A stretch of DNA of 50,433 bases from Candidatus Buchananbacteria bacterium (GTDB lineage Bacteria > Patescibacteriota > Patescibacteriia > Buchananbacterales > UBA6539): contig JBAYJS010000001.1 of the NCBI GenBank assembly GCA_041664985.1, positions 1-50,433 on the forward strand. The letters are read 5' to 3'. The notes under the pieces are model-generated. The model was given only the letters and a program-made list of their open reading frames with translations, was not told the DNA's origin and did not search any database. Positions 34,705 through 42,362 of the stretch are shown in pieces (position 1 is the stretch's first letter; every line of letters starts with the position of its first letter). Both the position numbers and the translations under genes were made by a program.

Positions 34705-35571
34705 ATGAAACCAAAATCAAGGCGCGATTATCATCAAAAAAGTTTCAGAAATCCTTATTATTTACCCAAAGCCAAGGCGAAAAAAAATAAAAGCCGTAAA
34801 TTTGGTTTGGTTTTGATAATCTTAGTCTTTATTTTTTGTTTATATCTTTTATTTGGCAAGCCATTGAAAATCACTGCTGTTCAGGTCGTTGGCAATCAAA
34901 CAATTACCCAAAGTGAAATCCAAACCGTAGTTTATGATCAAATGGCTGAAAACCGTTGGCTAATTTTTAGTCAAAAAAATATTTTGTTTTTTAGCACTGA
35001 GCAGACCAAAAAAAATTTAATGGAAAAATATCTACTTGATGACTTAAAAATTAAAAAGAAATATTTTAATGAAGTTGTCGTTACGGTCAAAGAAAAGCAG
35101 GCTTATTTGATTTGGTCGACCGGTGATGAAAAATACTCATTAGATTTAAGTGGCATGGCGATAAAAAAAATTGAAGACAGTGATTTAGTCATTGTTCAGT
35201 CTGGTAGCAACGAAATAGTTAAAACCGAGAGTAATCAATCGGGCTACCCGATAATTTATGATCAAAGTTGTTCTGATGTCCAAATCGGTAATTTAGTTGC
35301 CAACAAAAAACTGATTGATTTTATCATTAATTTAACCGAACAAATTGAATTAAATACCGATCTTAGCATTTCTCATTATAATTTGGTCAATCCTTTGGCT
35401 AATGATATTGCTTTAGTAACTGCCGGCGGTTGGGAGGCCAGATTTAGCCTGGATCAGCCGATTAAAAGCCAAATTGACCTTTTGATTGTTGTTTTGCAAA
35501 AACAAGTTAAAGATCAAAGTAAATTACAATACATTGATTTGCGATTTGGGGATAAAGTTTTTTATCAATAA
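34705..35571 (+). CDS. ftsQ: Cell-division protein FtsQ/DivIB-like (TM helix plus POTRA)
   Basis: Basic N-terminus, single TM helix, a POTRA-like I..V.V.GN segment, in the ddl-ftsQ synteny position. Confidence 0.7.
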   Translation: MKPKSRRDYHQKSFRNPYYLPKAKAKKNKSRKFGLVLIILVFIFCLYLLFGKPLKITAVQVVGNQTITQSEIQTVVYDQMAENRWLIFSQKNILFFSTEQTKKNLMEKYLLDDLKIKKKYFNEVVVTVKEKQAYLIWSTGDEKYSLDLSGMAIKKIEDSDLVIVQSGSNEIVKTESNQSGYPIIYDQSCSDVQIGNLVANKKLIDFIINLTEQIELNTDLSISHYNLVNPLANDIALVTAGGWEARFSLDQPIKSQIDLLIVVLQKQVKDQSKLQYIDLRFGDKVFYQ

Positions 35572-36111
35572 TTTTTTATCATTAAGGCTTTATTTTTTAG
35601 TTCCCTAGCCTTGCGTCGCAAAATATATAAATAAAAAAAAGTTGGTAGGCAGGGTAAAGGGGATAAGCTGAAAAAAATTATTGGTTAAGGTGATCAAAAG
35701 GTAACGTTTTTGTCTATCTATTTTAGACTTCATGGATAAGTCCGCTTGGCGGATTTTTTTATTTAAAATTTATATTTTAGGGTTAATTAGTATTAACTTA
35801 ATCTAAAATGATTAAATCAATTAATATTTATTACAAAATAGATAGGTGGGATACCTAAAAGAGTTTAAGTTGTTAAGTTTTTGATTGATTTGGATCCTTT
35901 TTATGGGTTTAGGCTCAGACTTTATTATCTGGCCAAAAGCACTACCCTAGTGTCGTATAAGATATATTGTGCGACTCTAAGCTATTTAAAAATAAAGCCT
36001 AACTAATCAATAATCAATTATTCCCCCGTTAAATCAGCCAGGGATTTTTTATAATTTAATTTTAAAATTAAATTATTTTTATTAAATAAATATTAATCCT
36101 TCATTTTGGCC

Positions 36112-36140
36112 TTGACACGGTTATTTTTTGGCGTTAAAAT
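36112..36140 (+). promoter_or_regulatory. Sigma-70-type promoter of cassette D
   Basis: TTGACA (36112-36117), 17 nt, TAAAAT (36135-36140). Confidence 0.6.
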
Positions 36141-36180
36141 AAAAAGCCGGCTTTTAGCCAGGAATTTGCACCTTAAAACA

Positions 36181-36237
36181 GTTTGCCCTTCGCTAATGGT
36201 CAATAAGAGTTTTATTGACGGTTAAGGGAGGGCAAAC
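36181..36237 (+). promoter_or_regulatory. Long nested hairpin in the cassette D leader
   Basis: Outer stem GTTTGCCCTTC (36181-36191)/GGGAGGGCAAAC (36226-36237). Inner stem GTCAATAA (36199-36206)/TTATTGAC (36212-36219). The 3' arm buries a GGGAGGG SD-like element. Confidence 0.55.
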
Positions 36238-36301
36238 AACAGCCGGGACTGGTCATTTCGGGTATGTTTAGCCCAACCTCTAATTCATAAGTATCAATCT
36301 T

Positions 36302-36466
36302 ATGTTTGAAGCCATCAGAGGGGGTCTGGCTCTCGCCGTGACCTTAGTGGTCCTAAAGCTGTTCCTCCCCGAGGTCGCAGCAAAGCTTGTCTTGTTGATT
36401 ACTAACGTGATTGACATTTTACTGCTCGCAGTGAATCAAGCTTCTGTTGCCAACCTCATTCACTAA
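36302..36466 (+). CDS. Cassette D: candidate 54-aa hydrophobic (two-helix) peptide MFEAIRGGLALAVTLVVLKLFLPEVAAKLVLLITNVIDILLLAVNQASVANLIH
   Basis: Not in the ORF track. It is the only sizeable ORF in a roughly 350-nt GC-rich promoter-to-terminator unit. There is no SD next to the ATG, so the unit could instead be a non-coding RNA. Confidence 0.4.
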   Translation: MFEAIRGGLALAVTLVVLKLFLPEVAAKLVLLITNVIDILLLAVNQASVANLIH

Positions 36467-36471
36467 AACCC

Positions 36472-36507
36472 GAAGGCTCGAGATTAATTTCCCGAGCCTT
36501 CTTTTCT
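36472..36507 (+). terminator. Intrinsic terminator of cassette D
   Basis: GAAGGCTCG (36472-36480)/CGAGCCTTC (36493-36501) 9-bp stem followed by TTTTCT. Confidence 0.7.
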
Positions 36508-36543
36508 ATAAATTATTTTGATTGTGTTTAGTGTCGCAAAACG

Positions 36544-37209
36544 TTAAGATTTCTTTTCTAATTTTTTAAATAATAAAAAGGAATAAACTATTGGAACTAT
36601 TACAACTATTACCATGGTGATTATGAATAGTAGCCAAAAAATTTCATTGGGTAAAAATACACCCAAAAGCATTAAAATTCCGGTTAGGATAAATAATTTG
36701 CCGCCAAGCCGATTGGTTTTATCCCAAACTATTTCGTTTGACAGCGTCCAAGGTGTTCTAATACCCATAAACCAATTTGACTTGATTTTTCCAAGATAGT
36801 TACCCATAATAATAAATAAAGCACCAACTGAGGCCGGCACCACTACATCGATTGATATGTTATACCCTAGACCCGCAAAGCCAACCAGAAAATAAATCGC
36901 GGTCATAAAAATCACAAATAGATTCTTGAAAATATGGTAAGGTTTGGCAAATTCGGCGTAACGATCTTTTTTTGGATCAAAATAAGGTAAGGCTAAAAAT
37001 AAAAGATATATCCCAATACTTAAAGCCGGAAAAAAGAAAGCGGCAAAAGCCTTTGAGGACCAGCCGTCAATTTCACCGCGGTAATTCCAGTGAGTGGCAA
37101 CGGTTTGAGGGAAATTGGCATAAAAATAGAAACTGGCGGCAATGCTTAGTAAAATTAAAATTGCCGGTATTGCCTCGGATTTTAAACTGATTTTTAGTGG
37201 GTTGGTCAT
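36544..37209 (-). CDS. SdpI/YhfL-family (DUF1648 + SdpI) membrane immunity-type protein
   Basis: HWNYRGEIDGW (DUF1648 signature) plus NWFMGIRTPWTL and multiple TM helices. ATG at 37209 is preferred; the longer track ORF overlaps the upstream regulator. Confidence 0.8.
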   Translation of the reverse strand: MTNPLKISLKSEAIPAILILLSIAASFYFYANFPQTVATHWNYRGEIDGWSSKAFAAFFFPALSIGIYLLFLALPYFDPKKDRYAEFAKPYHIFKNLFVIFMTAIYFLVGFAGLGYNISIDVVVPASVGALFIIMGNYLGKIKSNWFMGIRTPWTLSNEIVWDKTNRLGGKLFILTGILMLLGVFLPNEIFWLLFIITMVIVVIVPIVYSFLLFKKLEKKS

Positions 37210-37219
37210 AGTTTTTTGA

Positions 37220-37522
37220 TTATTTTTTATTATTTTTTTTGAAAAAATTATATACTTCTTCGGCAATTTCTTCAAACACGCTTAAGTTTAAAGAATAAAT
37301 TATTTGTTGGCCTCTTCTCTTAGTACTGACCAGATCGGCATTTTTTAGAATATTTAAATGGTGTGAAAGCGATGGCAAAGTCATATCAAAATCCCCCGCT
37401 ATTTCATTAACGGATAAGTCGTTTTTTCGAAGCAACTGAAGTATTTTTCTTCTGGTCGGATCAGATAAGGCCTGAAAAGTTTTGTTTAAAGTCACCTGAT
37501 TTTTATTTAGATATTTAGACAA
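37220..37522 (-). CDS. ArsR/SdpR-family winged-helix transcriptional repressor
   Basis: FQALSDPTRRKILQLL....LSVNEIA......LPSLSHHLNILK.A.LV...R.GQ.I.YSL. The only start candidates are TTG at 37522 or GTG at 37495. A 9-bp inverted repeat ATTTAGATA/TATCTAAAT (37505-37532) lies at or upstream of the start and is a likely operator. Confidence 0.85.
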   Translation of the reverse strand: MSKYLNKNQVTLNKTFQALSDPTRRKILQLLRKNDLSVNEIAGDFDMTLPSLSHHLNILKNADLVSTKRRGQQIIYSLNLSVFEEIAEEVYNFFKKNNKK

Positions 37523-37575
37523 CTATCTAAATATTACCATTAAATAAAAATTGGGTCAACAAAAGTTATCCCCAA

Positions 37576-37974
37576 TTAAATTTCGTCCCAGTAGATGAAT
37601 TTTAGGTAAGTTAAGGCCAAAAAAGCCGAGATTGCTTGAAAAATATTAGTCAGTGCCGGTTTTTCGCCAAAAAATAAAGGTAGAGCTAAGATAATAATTG
37701 GCACTAAATAAATCAAAATATCGTGAGTCATGGCTTGACCCCAATTTAAATTTACGGTTTGGATAAAATTGGGCGTGGCCTTCGTTTTTTTAATAATTTT
37801 TTGGTCGCGAGTAAAAATATAAATTCCACCGGCAAAAAAAATCAAAGCCGGCGATGCGGCAACAATAGCATCCCCTATCGATTGCATTTGGGTGAAAAAT
37901 TTTATGTAAAAAAAAGTTATTACGGCAACAATCAGCCAAATTCCCAAATTGATATAAAAATCTTTATTTTTCAT
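37576..37974 (-). CDS. Hypothetical polytopic membrane protein (132 aa)
   Basis: Four hydrophobic segments, native AT-rich composition. No family recognised. Confidence 0.55.
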   Translation of the reverse strand: MKNKDFYINLGIWLIVAVITFFYIKFFTQMQSIGDAIVAASPALIFFAGGIYIFTRDQKIIKKTKATPNFIQTVNLNWGQAMTHDILIYLVPIIILALPLFFGEKPALTNIFQAISAFLALTYLKFIYWDEI

Positions 37975-37980
37975 AAAAAG

Positions 37981-39234
37981 TTACGGCAAGTAATCAAGTG
38001 GATTGACCGGAATACCATTGAGACGAATTTCTAAATGAAGATGCGGACCGGTGGTCATTTTGCCCGCGCCAGTAGTACCGGGCGTGGCGCCACTGGCACC
38101 AATCACCTGTCCTTGGTTGACATATTCGTCTTCTTTGACGTTAACCCGGGAAACGTGACCATAAACACTTGATAAGCCGTTGGCGTGAATTATCATAATG
38201 TAAGCATAGCTGGTGTCACCGTTAAATTTAACTCTGGCCACATAACCGGAATCAACTGATTTTATTGTCGTGCCTTGGGGCGTTCTGATATCAATTCCCG
38301 GGTGTTCGTAAATATAGCGGAAAGGATAATCCGGATCATGAAAAATGGCGCTGATGCCTTTAGCCGGATTAACTGGCCAAATAAAGCCGGCGGCGCTTGA
38401 ATTTTGGAGTTGTGATTGTTTCTGCTGTTCTTCCAGTTTTTGTCTGACGGTTTTTTCCAAAGTAACAATATCGGCATTGATTTGTTGCTGCTCAATTTGC
38501 AACTGATAAAGATATGATTTGTATTGTTTTTCGGTAAGTTTGTTTTGGATCAATAAAATTTCCTGGGCACTGCTTTTTTCGGAAAGTTGAGATTTTTGTT
38601 CTTGGAGCTGATCTTTCAGTTTTCCTTCCAGCTCGGCTTTTTCCTGCCATTTGGTTTTTTGAGTCTCTAAATCATTTTTACTGTTTTTTAATTTTTTCAA
38701 GGCACTGTTTAAGTTGCTGTGAATTTCTTGAGTGTATTTGATTTGATCAAAGAAATCAGAAAATGAATCATTGGTCAGGACAACTTCCAAATAGCTGACC
38801 TGATCGTTATGGTTAATCAACCGCAAATACTCGGCAATTTTGCTTTTGTTGTCAGTGATTTTTTTTTCGGTTTGTTGAATTTGAATATTAAGACTTTGAA
38901 TTTCCAAGTTGGTTTGTTCAATTCTAATTTCAGTTTCTTCAATGTCTAAATTGATTTTGGCGATTTGATTGTCCAAAATTGCCAATTGATTTTTTAGACT
39001 CTTGGCTTGATTTTGTTTATCTTTAATCTGGGCATTGTAAGCGTCAATTTCTTTTTGCAAAATGTCAATGTCTTTTTTTCTTTTTTCGATTTGCTGGCTT
39101 AAGCTGTTAAGATCATCTTGGGCAATGGCGGTTTTTGGGTTAATTGCCAAAAAATCAGCCAAAATAAAGCTGATTAGCAAAAGAAAAACTAATATTTTAG
39201 TTCGGACAAATTTTTTATTTTTATTTTTAATCAT
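37981..39234 (-). CDS. M23-family metallopeptidase with long N-terminal coiled coil (EnvC/murein hydrolase activator-like)
   Basis: Signal/TM segment, about 250 aa of heptad-rich Q/E/K sequence, and a C-terminal HPGIDI...GHV...G.TG...GPHLHLE LytM motif set. Confidence 0.88.
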   Translation of the reverse strand: MIKNKNKKFVRTKILVFLLLISFILADFLAINPKTAIAQDDLNSLSQQIEKRKKDIDILQKEIDAYNAQIKDKQNQAKSLKNQLAILDNQIAKINLDIEETEIRIEQTNLEIQSLNIQIQQTEKKITDNKSKIAEYLRLINHNDQVSYLEVVLTNDSFSDFFDQIKYTQEIHSNLNSALKKLKNSKNDLETQKTKWQEKAELEGKLKDQLQEQKSQLSEKSSAQEILLIQNKLTEKQYKSYLYQLQIEQQQINADIVTLEKTVRQKLEEQQKQSQLQNSSAAGFIWPVNPAKGISAIFHDPDYPFRYIYEHPGIDIRTPQGTTIKSVDSGYVARVKFNGDTSYAYIMIIHANGLSSVYGHVSRVNVKEDEYVNQGQVIGASGATPGTTGAGKMTTGPHLHLEIRLNGIPVNPLDYLP

Positions 39235-39274
39235 TAATATATTTATAGCACAAATTTGGCATTTTTACAAAAAT

Positions 39275-39303
39275 ATTGACAAAAAAGCTTTGTCAATATA
39301 ACT
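39275..39303 (+). promoter_or_regulatory. Promoter of cassette E, embedded in a 9-bp perfect inverted repeat
   Basis: ATTGACAAA (39275-39283) / TTTGTCAAT (39289-39297). TTGACA (39276-39281) is followed after 15-16 nt by TATAAC/ATAACT. The palindrome also places a TTGACA on the minus strand, facing the M23 gene. Confidence 0.5.
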
Positions 39304-39355
39304 TTATAGCAAGTGAAATAATGACTATTCTGAACACATTGGAGGAGAATCAGCC

Positions 39356-39568
39356 ATGAAGGTAGCTATTTGCACCAGGCGGGTCAGCTTTTTGCCAATC
39401 AGTCAATCGGCTGGCAAAAAGGTCAGTGTCTTAGTAAGGAATCATGCCAAATTGGGCCAAATCAAGCGTCGAGCCTGGCTGGCATTGGCAAGAAAATTGG
39501 GGCAGAAGCCCGCTGTTTTGAAGCAACAGTACAGTATTGGCCCGTTAACCTGGAAGGAGAAATTGTGA
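39356..39568 (+). CDS. Cassette E gene 1: hypothetical 70-aa basic protein
   Basis: GGAGGAG (39341-39347) lies 8 nt before the ATG. GC-rich. The stop overlaps the next start (GTGA). Confidence 0.5.
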   Translation: MKVAICTRRVSFLPISQSAGKKVSVLVRNHAKLGQIKRRAWLALARKLGQKPAVLKQQYSIGPLTWKEKL

Positions 39569-39735
39569 TAAACCAAACTAGTCAATCGGCTGCTGGCAGC
39601 CAGACTGGCCAGCCACAATTTTCGGCTGAGCAGGCCAGGGAGGTTGCGGCCATGGCCGCTCTCAGCCAACGGCACCGTCTGAACCCGGGACAACTTTGGC
39701 AGGCGCTTCACCCTGCCCCTCATGCACCTTATTGA
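39565..39735 (+). CDS. Cassette E gene 2: hypothetical 56-aa protein (GTG start; Q/S/G-rich N-terminus, AEQAREVAAMAALSQRHRLNPGQLWQAL core)
   Basis: AGGAG (39555-39559) lies 5 nt before the GTG at 39565. Same frame as the 121-aa track ORF, whose upstream part has only a TTG start and no SD. Confidence 0.45.
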   Translation: MINQTSQSAAGSQTGQPQFSAEQAREVAAMAALSQRHRLNPGQLWQALHPAPHAPY

Positions 39736-39736
39736 C

Positions 39737-39768
39737 GTAGTCAAATCAAGTATTTGGCTACTTTTTTT
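39737..39768 (+). terminator. Intrinsic terminator of cassette E
   Basis: GTAGTCAAA (39737-39745)/TTTGGCTAC (39753-39761), one U-G wobble valid only on the + strand, followed by T7. It abuts the gltX stop. Confidence 0.75.
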
Positions 39769-41197
39769 ATGACAAAAAATTAATTGCAGTTTCAATTCGG
39801 TTTAAGCTTTCTTTTTTGCCCAAAGCCTCGGCAATTTCAAATGGTCCGGGCGAATTTTTCAGCCCTGATAAAGCAACTCGCATCGGCCAAAGCATATCCC
39901 CTGTTCCTACGCCCTTTTGACTGATTAACTCTTTAATTTCTTTTTCCAAATCTATTGACTGCCATTTTTTATCAGCTAGGTCTGAAAGTTTTTCCTTTAA
40001 AGCTTTTAAATTATCAGCAATTTCTTTTTGACTTAATTTTTTCCAAAGCAAAAGCTCGGTTTCGTACTTTGGCTGAGTAAAGAAAAATTGGGTATTGGGT
40101 ACGATGTCTTCAAGTTTTTTGATTCGATCTTTTTCGGTAATAACAATTTTTTCCAGAGTTTTTGAGTCAGTTTCGATCCCCGCAGCGGTAAAATATGGTT
40201 GGCAAAGTTTGGCCAACTCAGCGGCTGATTTTTCTCGGATGTAATGGCCGTTTAACCAGTCTAGTTTTTGGACATTAAAAACAGCGCCGGATTTGTTTAC
40301 TTTTTCCAGACTAAAAGCCTTGATCATTTCGGCAAAATTAAAAATTTCTTGCTCAGTTCCCGGATTCCAACCTAAAAGTAAAACAAAATTCAATAAGGCT
40401 TCAGGCAAATAACCCTTTTTTAAATAATCTTCAACTGCCACGTCGCCTTGGCGCTTGGATAATTTTGAATGGTCGGAATTAAGCAATAAAGGCAGATGGG
40501 CAAATTCGGGTGCTTGCCAGCCAAAAGCCTGATAAAGCAAAATGTGTTTGGGTGTTGACGGTAGCCATTCTTCTCCTCGAATAACGTGGCTGATATTCAT
40601 TTCGTGATCGTCAACTATTGAAGCTAAATGATAAGTTGGAAAGCCGTCTGATTTTAAAATAATTTGATCATCCAAGGTGTTATTGGCAAAACTGACTTTG
40701 CCGCGAATCAAATCAGTAAATTCCGTTACGCCGGTTTTTGGCATTTTAAAACGAATGACATAGGCAAGACCAGAGGCAATTTGTTTTTTGGCAATTTCCG
40801 GATCTAAATCGCAGCACTTGCCGTCGTACATTGGTGGTAATTTTTTGGCAGTCTGAATTTGGCGCAGCTGATCAAGCCTTTCGGGAGTACAAAAACAATA
40901 ATAGGCTTTACCCTCTTTGACCAGTTGTTCGGCGTATTTTTTGTAAATTGCCAATCTTTGTGATTGAATCATCGGCTTTTTATTTTCCCAATTCAAACCA
41001 AATTTTTTCAGGACAATTTGCAGACTTTCCACAGCACCCTCAACTTTTCGGCTTTGGTCGGTGTCTTCAATGCGTAAAAGAAATTGGCCGTTATTTTTTT
41101 TGGCAAAAAGATAAGCGTATAAAGCCGTGCGCAGTCCGCCGATATGCAAAAAGCCGGTTGGACTGGGTGAAAAACGAGTGATTATTTTTTCAGACAT
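39767..41197 (-). CDS. gltX: Glutamyl-tRNA synthetase
   Basis: RFSPSPTGFLHIGGLRTAL (HIGH motif), KLSKRQG (KMSKS motif). ATG at 41197 is preferred over the TTG at 41209. Confidence 0.93.
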   Translation of the reverse strand: MSEKIITRFSPSPTGFLHIGGLRTALYAYLFAKKNNGQFLLRIEDTDQSRKVEGAVESLQIVLKKFGLNWENKKPMIQSQRLAIYKKYAEQLVKEGKAYYCFCTPERLDQLRQIQTAKKLPPMYDGKCCDLDPEIAKKQIASGLAYVIRFKMPKTGVTEFTDLIRGKVSFANNTLDDQIILKSDGFPTYHLASIVDDHEMNISHVIRGEEWLPSTPKHILLYQAFGWQAPEFAHLPLLLNSDHSKLSKRQGDVAVEDYLKKGYLPEALLNFVLLLGWNPGTEQEIFNFAEMIKAFSLEKVNKSGAVFNVQKLDWLNGHYIREKSAAELAKLCQPYFTAAGIETDSKTLEKIVITEKDRIKKLEDIVPNTQFFFTQPKYETELLLWKKLSQKEIADNLKALKEKLSDLADKKWQSIDLEKEIKELISQKGVGTGDMLWPMRVALSGLKNSPGPFEIAEALGKKESLNRIETAINFLS

Positions 41198-41202
41198 ATT
41201 TT

Positions 41203-41231
41203 TTGACAATGGTTAGGTTATTTTGTAAGAT
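41203..41231 (+). promoter_or_regulatory. Sigma-70-type promoter of cassette F
   Basis: TTGACA (41203-41208), 17 nt, TAAGAT (41226-41231). Confidence 0.55.
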
Positions 41232-41278
41232 ATTAGCTCCGGGTCAAAATTTACATAATGATTGGAGGGTTTGCACCC

Positions 41279-41587
41279 ATGGATTTACAGTCAGCAATTA
41301 AGGCGGCAGAGGATTTGGTCAGGAGGGCTGCCGAGAAACAGAGACTTGGATTTGCAGTTTCTGACCTTGCTAGTTTTTCTGCTATTTTTCAGGTCGCCAA
41401 AGCCGGTCAAGGATCAATCACGTTGATTAATCTAGACGCCGAGGTTGAGGGTCAACCTGGTTTGAAAATCCAGGTTATCGACTGGCAGCGCCCTGATGGT
41501 GAGGTTTTTCGGTTTCATTATTGGACCTACGACAATCTGGCGGTGGAACTGGCCAAAGTTGGTATCGAATTACCTGCTGCCGACTGA
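41279..41587 (+). CDS. Cassette F: hypothetical 102-aa protein
   Basis: GC-rich ORF. GGAGGG (41264-41269) lies 9 nt before the ATG at 41279 (an alternative ATG at 41258 has no SD). Followed by a strong hairpin terminator. Confidence 0.6.
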   Translation: MDLQSAIKAAEDLVRRAAEKQRLGFAVSDLASFSAIFQVAKAGQGSITLINLDAEVEGQPGLKIQVIDWQRPDGEVFRFHYWTYDNLAVELAKVGIELPAAD

Positions 41588-41601
41588 TCGGCAAACTGTT
41601 T

Positions 41602-41634
41602 AGGCTTCATCTTTTTAGGTGAAGCCTGTTTTTT
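41602..41634. terminator. Strong hairpin terminator of cassette F, overlapping the 3' end of the convergent tagA-like gene
   Basis: AGGCTTCATC (41602-41611)/GGTGAAGCCT (41618-41627) 10 bp with one U-G wobble, followed by GTTTTTT. Confidence 0.75.
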
Positions 41635-42353
41635 ATGATTAAGAACGGAAAAACTATTACTGCATTAATAATTCTTTGCCACCTGGTTGGTTCTTTGATT
41701 AGGCGGTAGAGCCATTCCAGGCCGATTTTTCGTAAATATTCTGGGGCTCGCGGCACGGTTTCGGAAATATAATCAAAAGCGCCGCCAACGCCCATGGCCA
41801 ATCTAACCGTTGGCAGTTTGTCTAAGTGATAAAAAATCCATTCTTCTTGTTTAATTTGGCCCAAAGCCACAAAAATGATTTGGGGAGCGGCTTGATTGAT
41901 TTGGTCGATCAGCTCCTGATTGATTAGTTGCGGATCAGTTATTTCTCCCCCGCTTTGGCTGCCGGCGATTTTTAAATTGGGAAATTCCTGTTTTAAAACT
42001 TCAGCTGTTTTTTCGGCTACTGATTTGCCGGCACCAAGGAAATAGACTGAACAACTTTTTTGTTCAGCTAGCTGGCAAATATACCAGATTAAATCAACGC
42101 CGGTAATGCGCTGTAGCCTTTGGCCCAAGAATTTAGCGGCATAGGTCAGGCCAACACCGTCAGCGGTTGCGATATCGGCATAGTTTAAAATCTCTTTAAA
42201 CTTTTTATTTTTTTGGGCAGCAACCAAAAATTCCGGATTAGGCGTAACAATATAATGTGGATCAGTTGAATCCAAAAATTTATCAATTTGAACTAAAATT
42301 TCCTGCAAAGACAAATCATCTATTTTTACACCTAAAATTTCGACTTTGGCCAT
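41607..42353 (-). CDS. WecB/TagA/CpsF-family glycosyltransferase
   Basis: ILGV.ID......................VTPN.E....A.........L..AD....DG.G and GVGG.FD are typical of the family (GT26). Confidence 0.85.
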   Translation of the reverse strand: MAKVEILGVKIDDLSLQEILVQIDKFLDSTDPHYIVTPNPEFLVAAQKNKKFKEILNYADIATADGVGLTYAAKFLGQRLQRITGVDLIWYICQLAEQKSCSVYFLGAGKSVAEKTAEVLKQEFPNLKIAGSQSGGEITDPQLINQELIDQINQAAPQIIFVALGQIKQEEWIFYHLDKLPTVRLAMGVGGAFDYISETVPRAPEYLRKIGLEWLYRLIKEPTRWQRIINAVIVFPFLIIKNRLHLKR

Positions 42354-42362
42354 AGGTTTAAA

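Noticed and set aside
39370-39795. The 121-aa + strand ORF (39370-39735) and the 117-aa minus-strand ORF (39442-39795) in cassette E
   Set aside because: The 121-aa frame has only a TTG start without an SD. Its distal part is better explained by the GTG/AGGAG-led 56-aa gene. The antisense ORF has no promoter or SD and runs into the gltX end. Multiple open frames are expected in GC-rich DNA. The gene model remains provisional.
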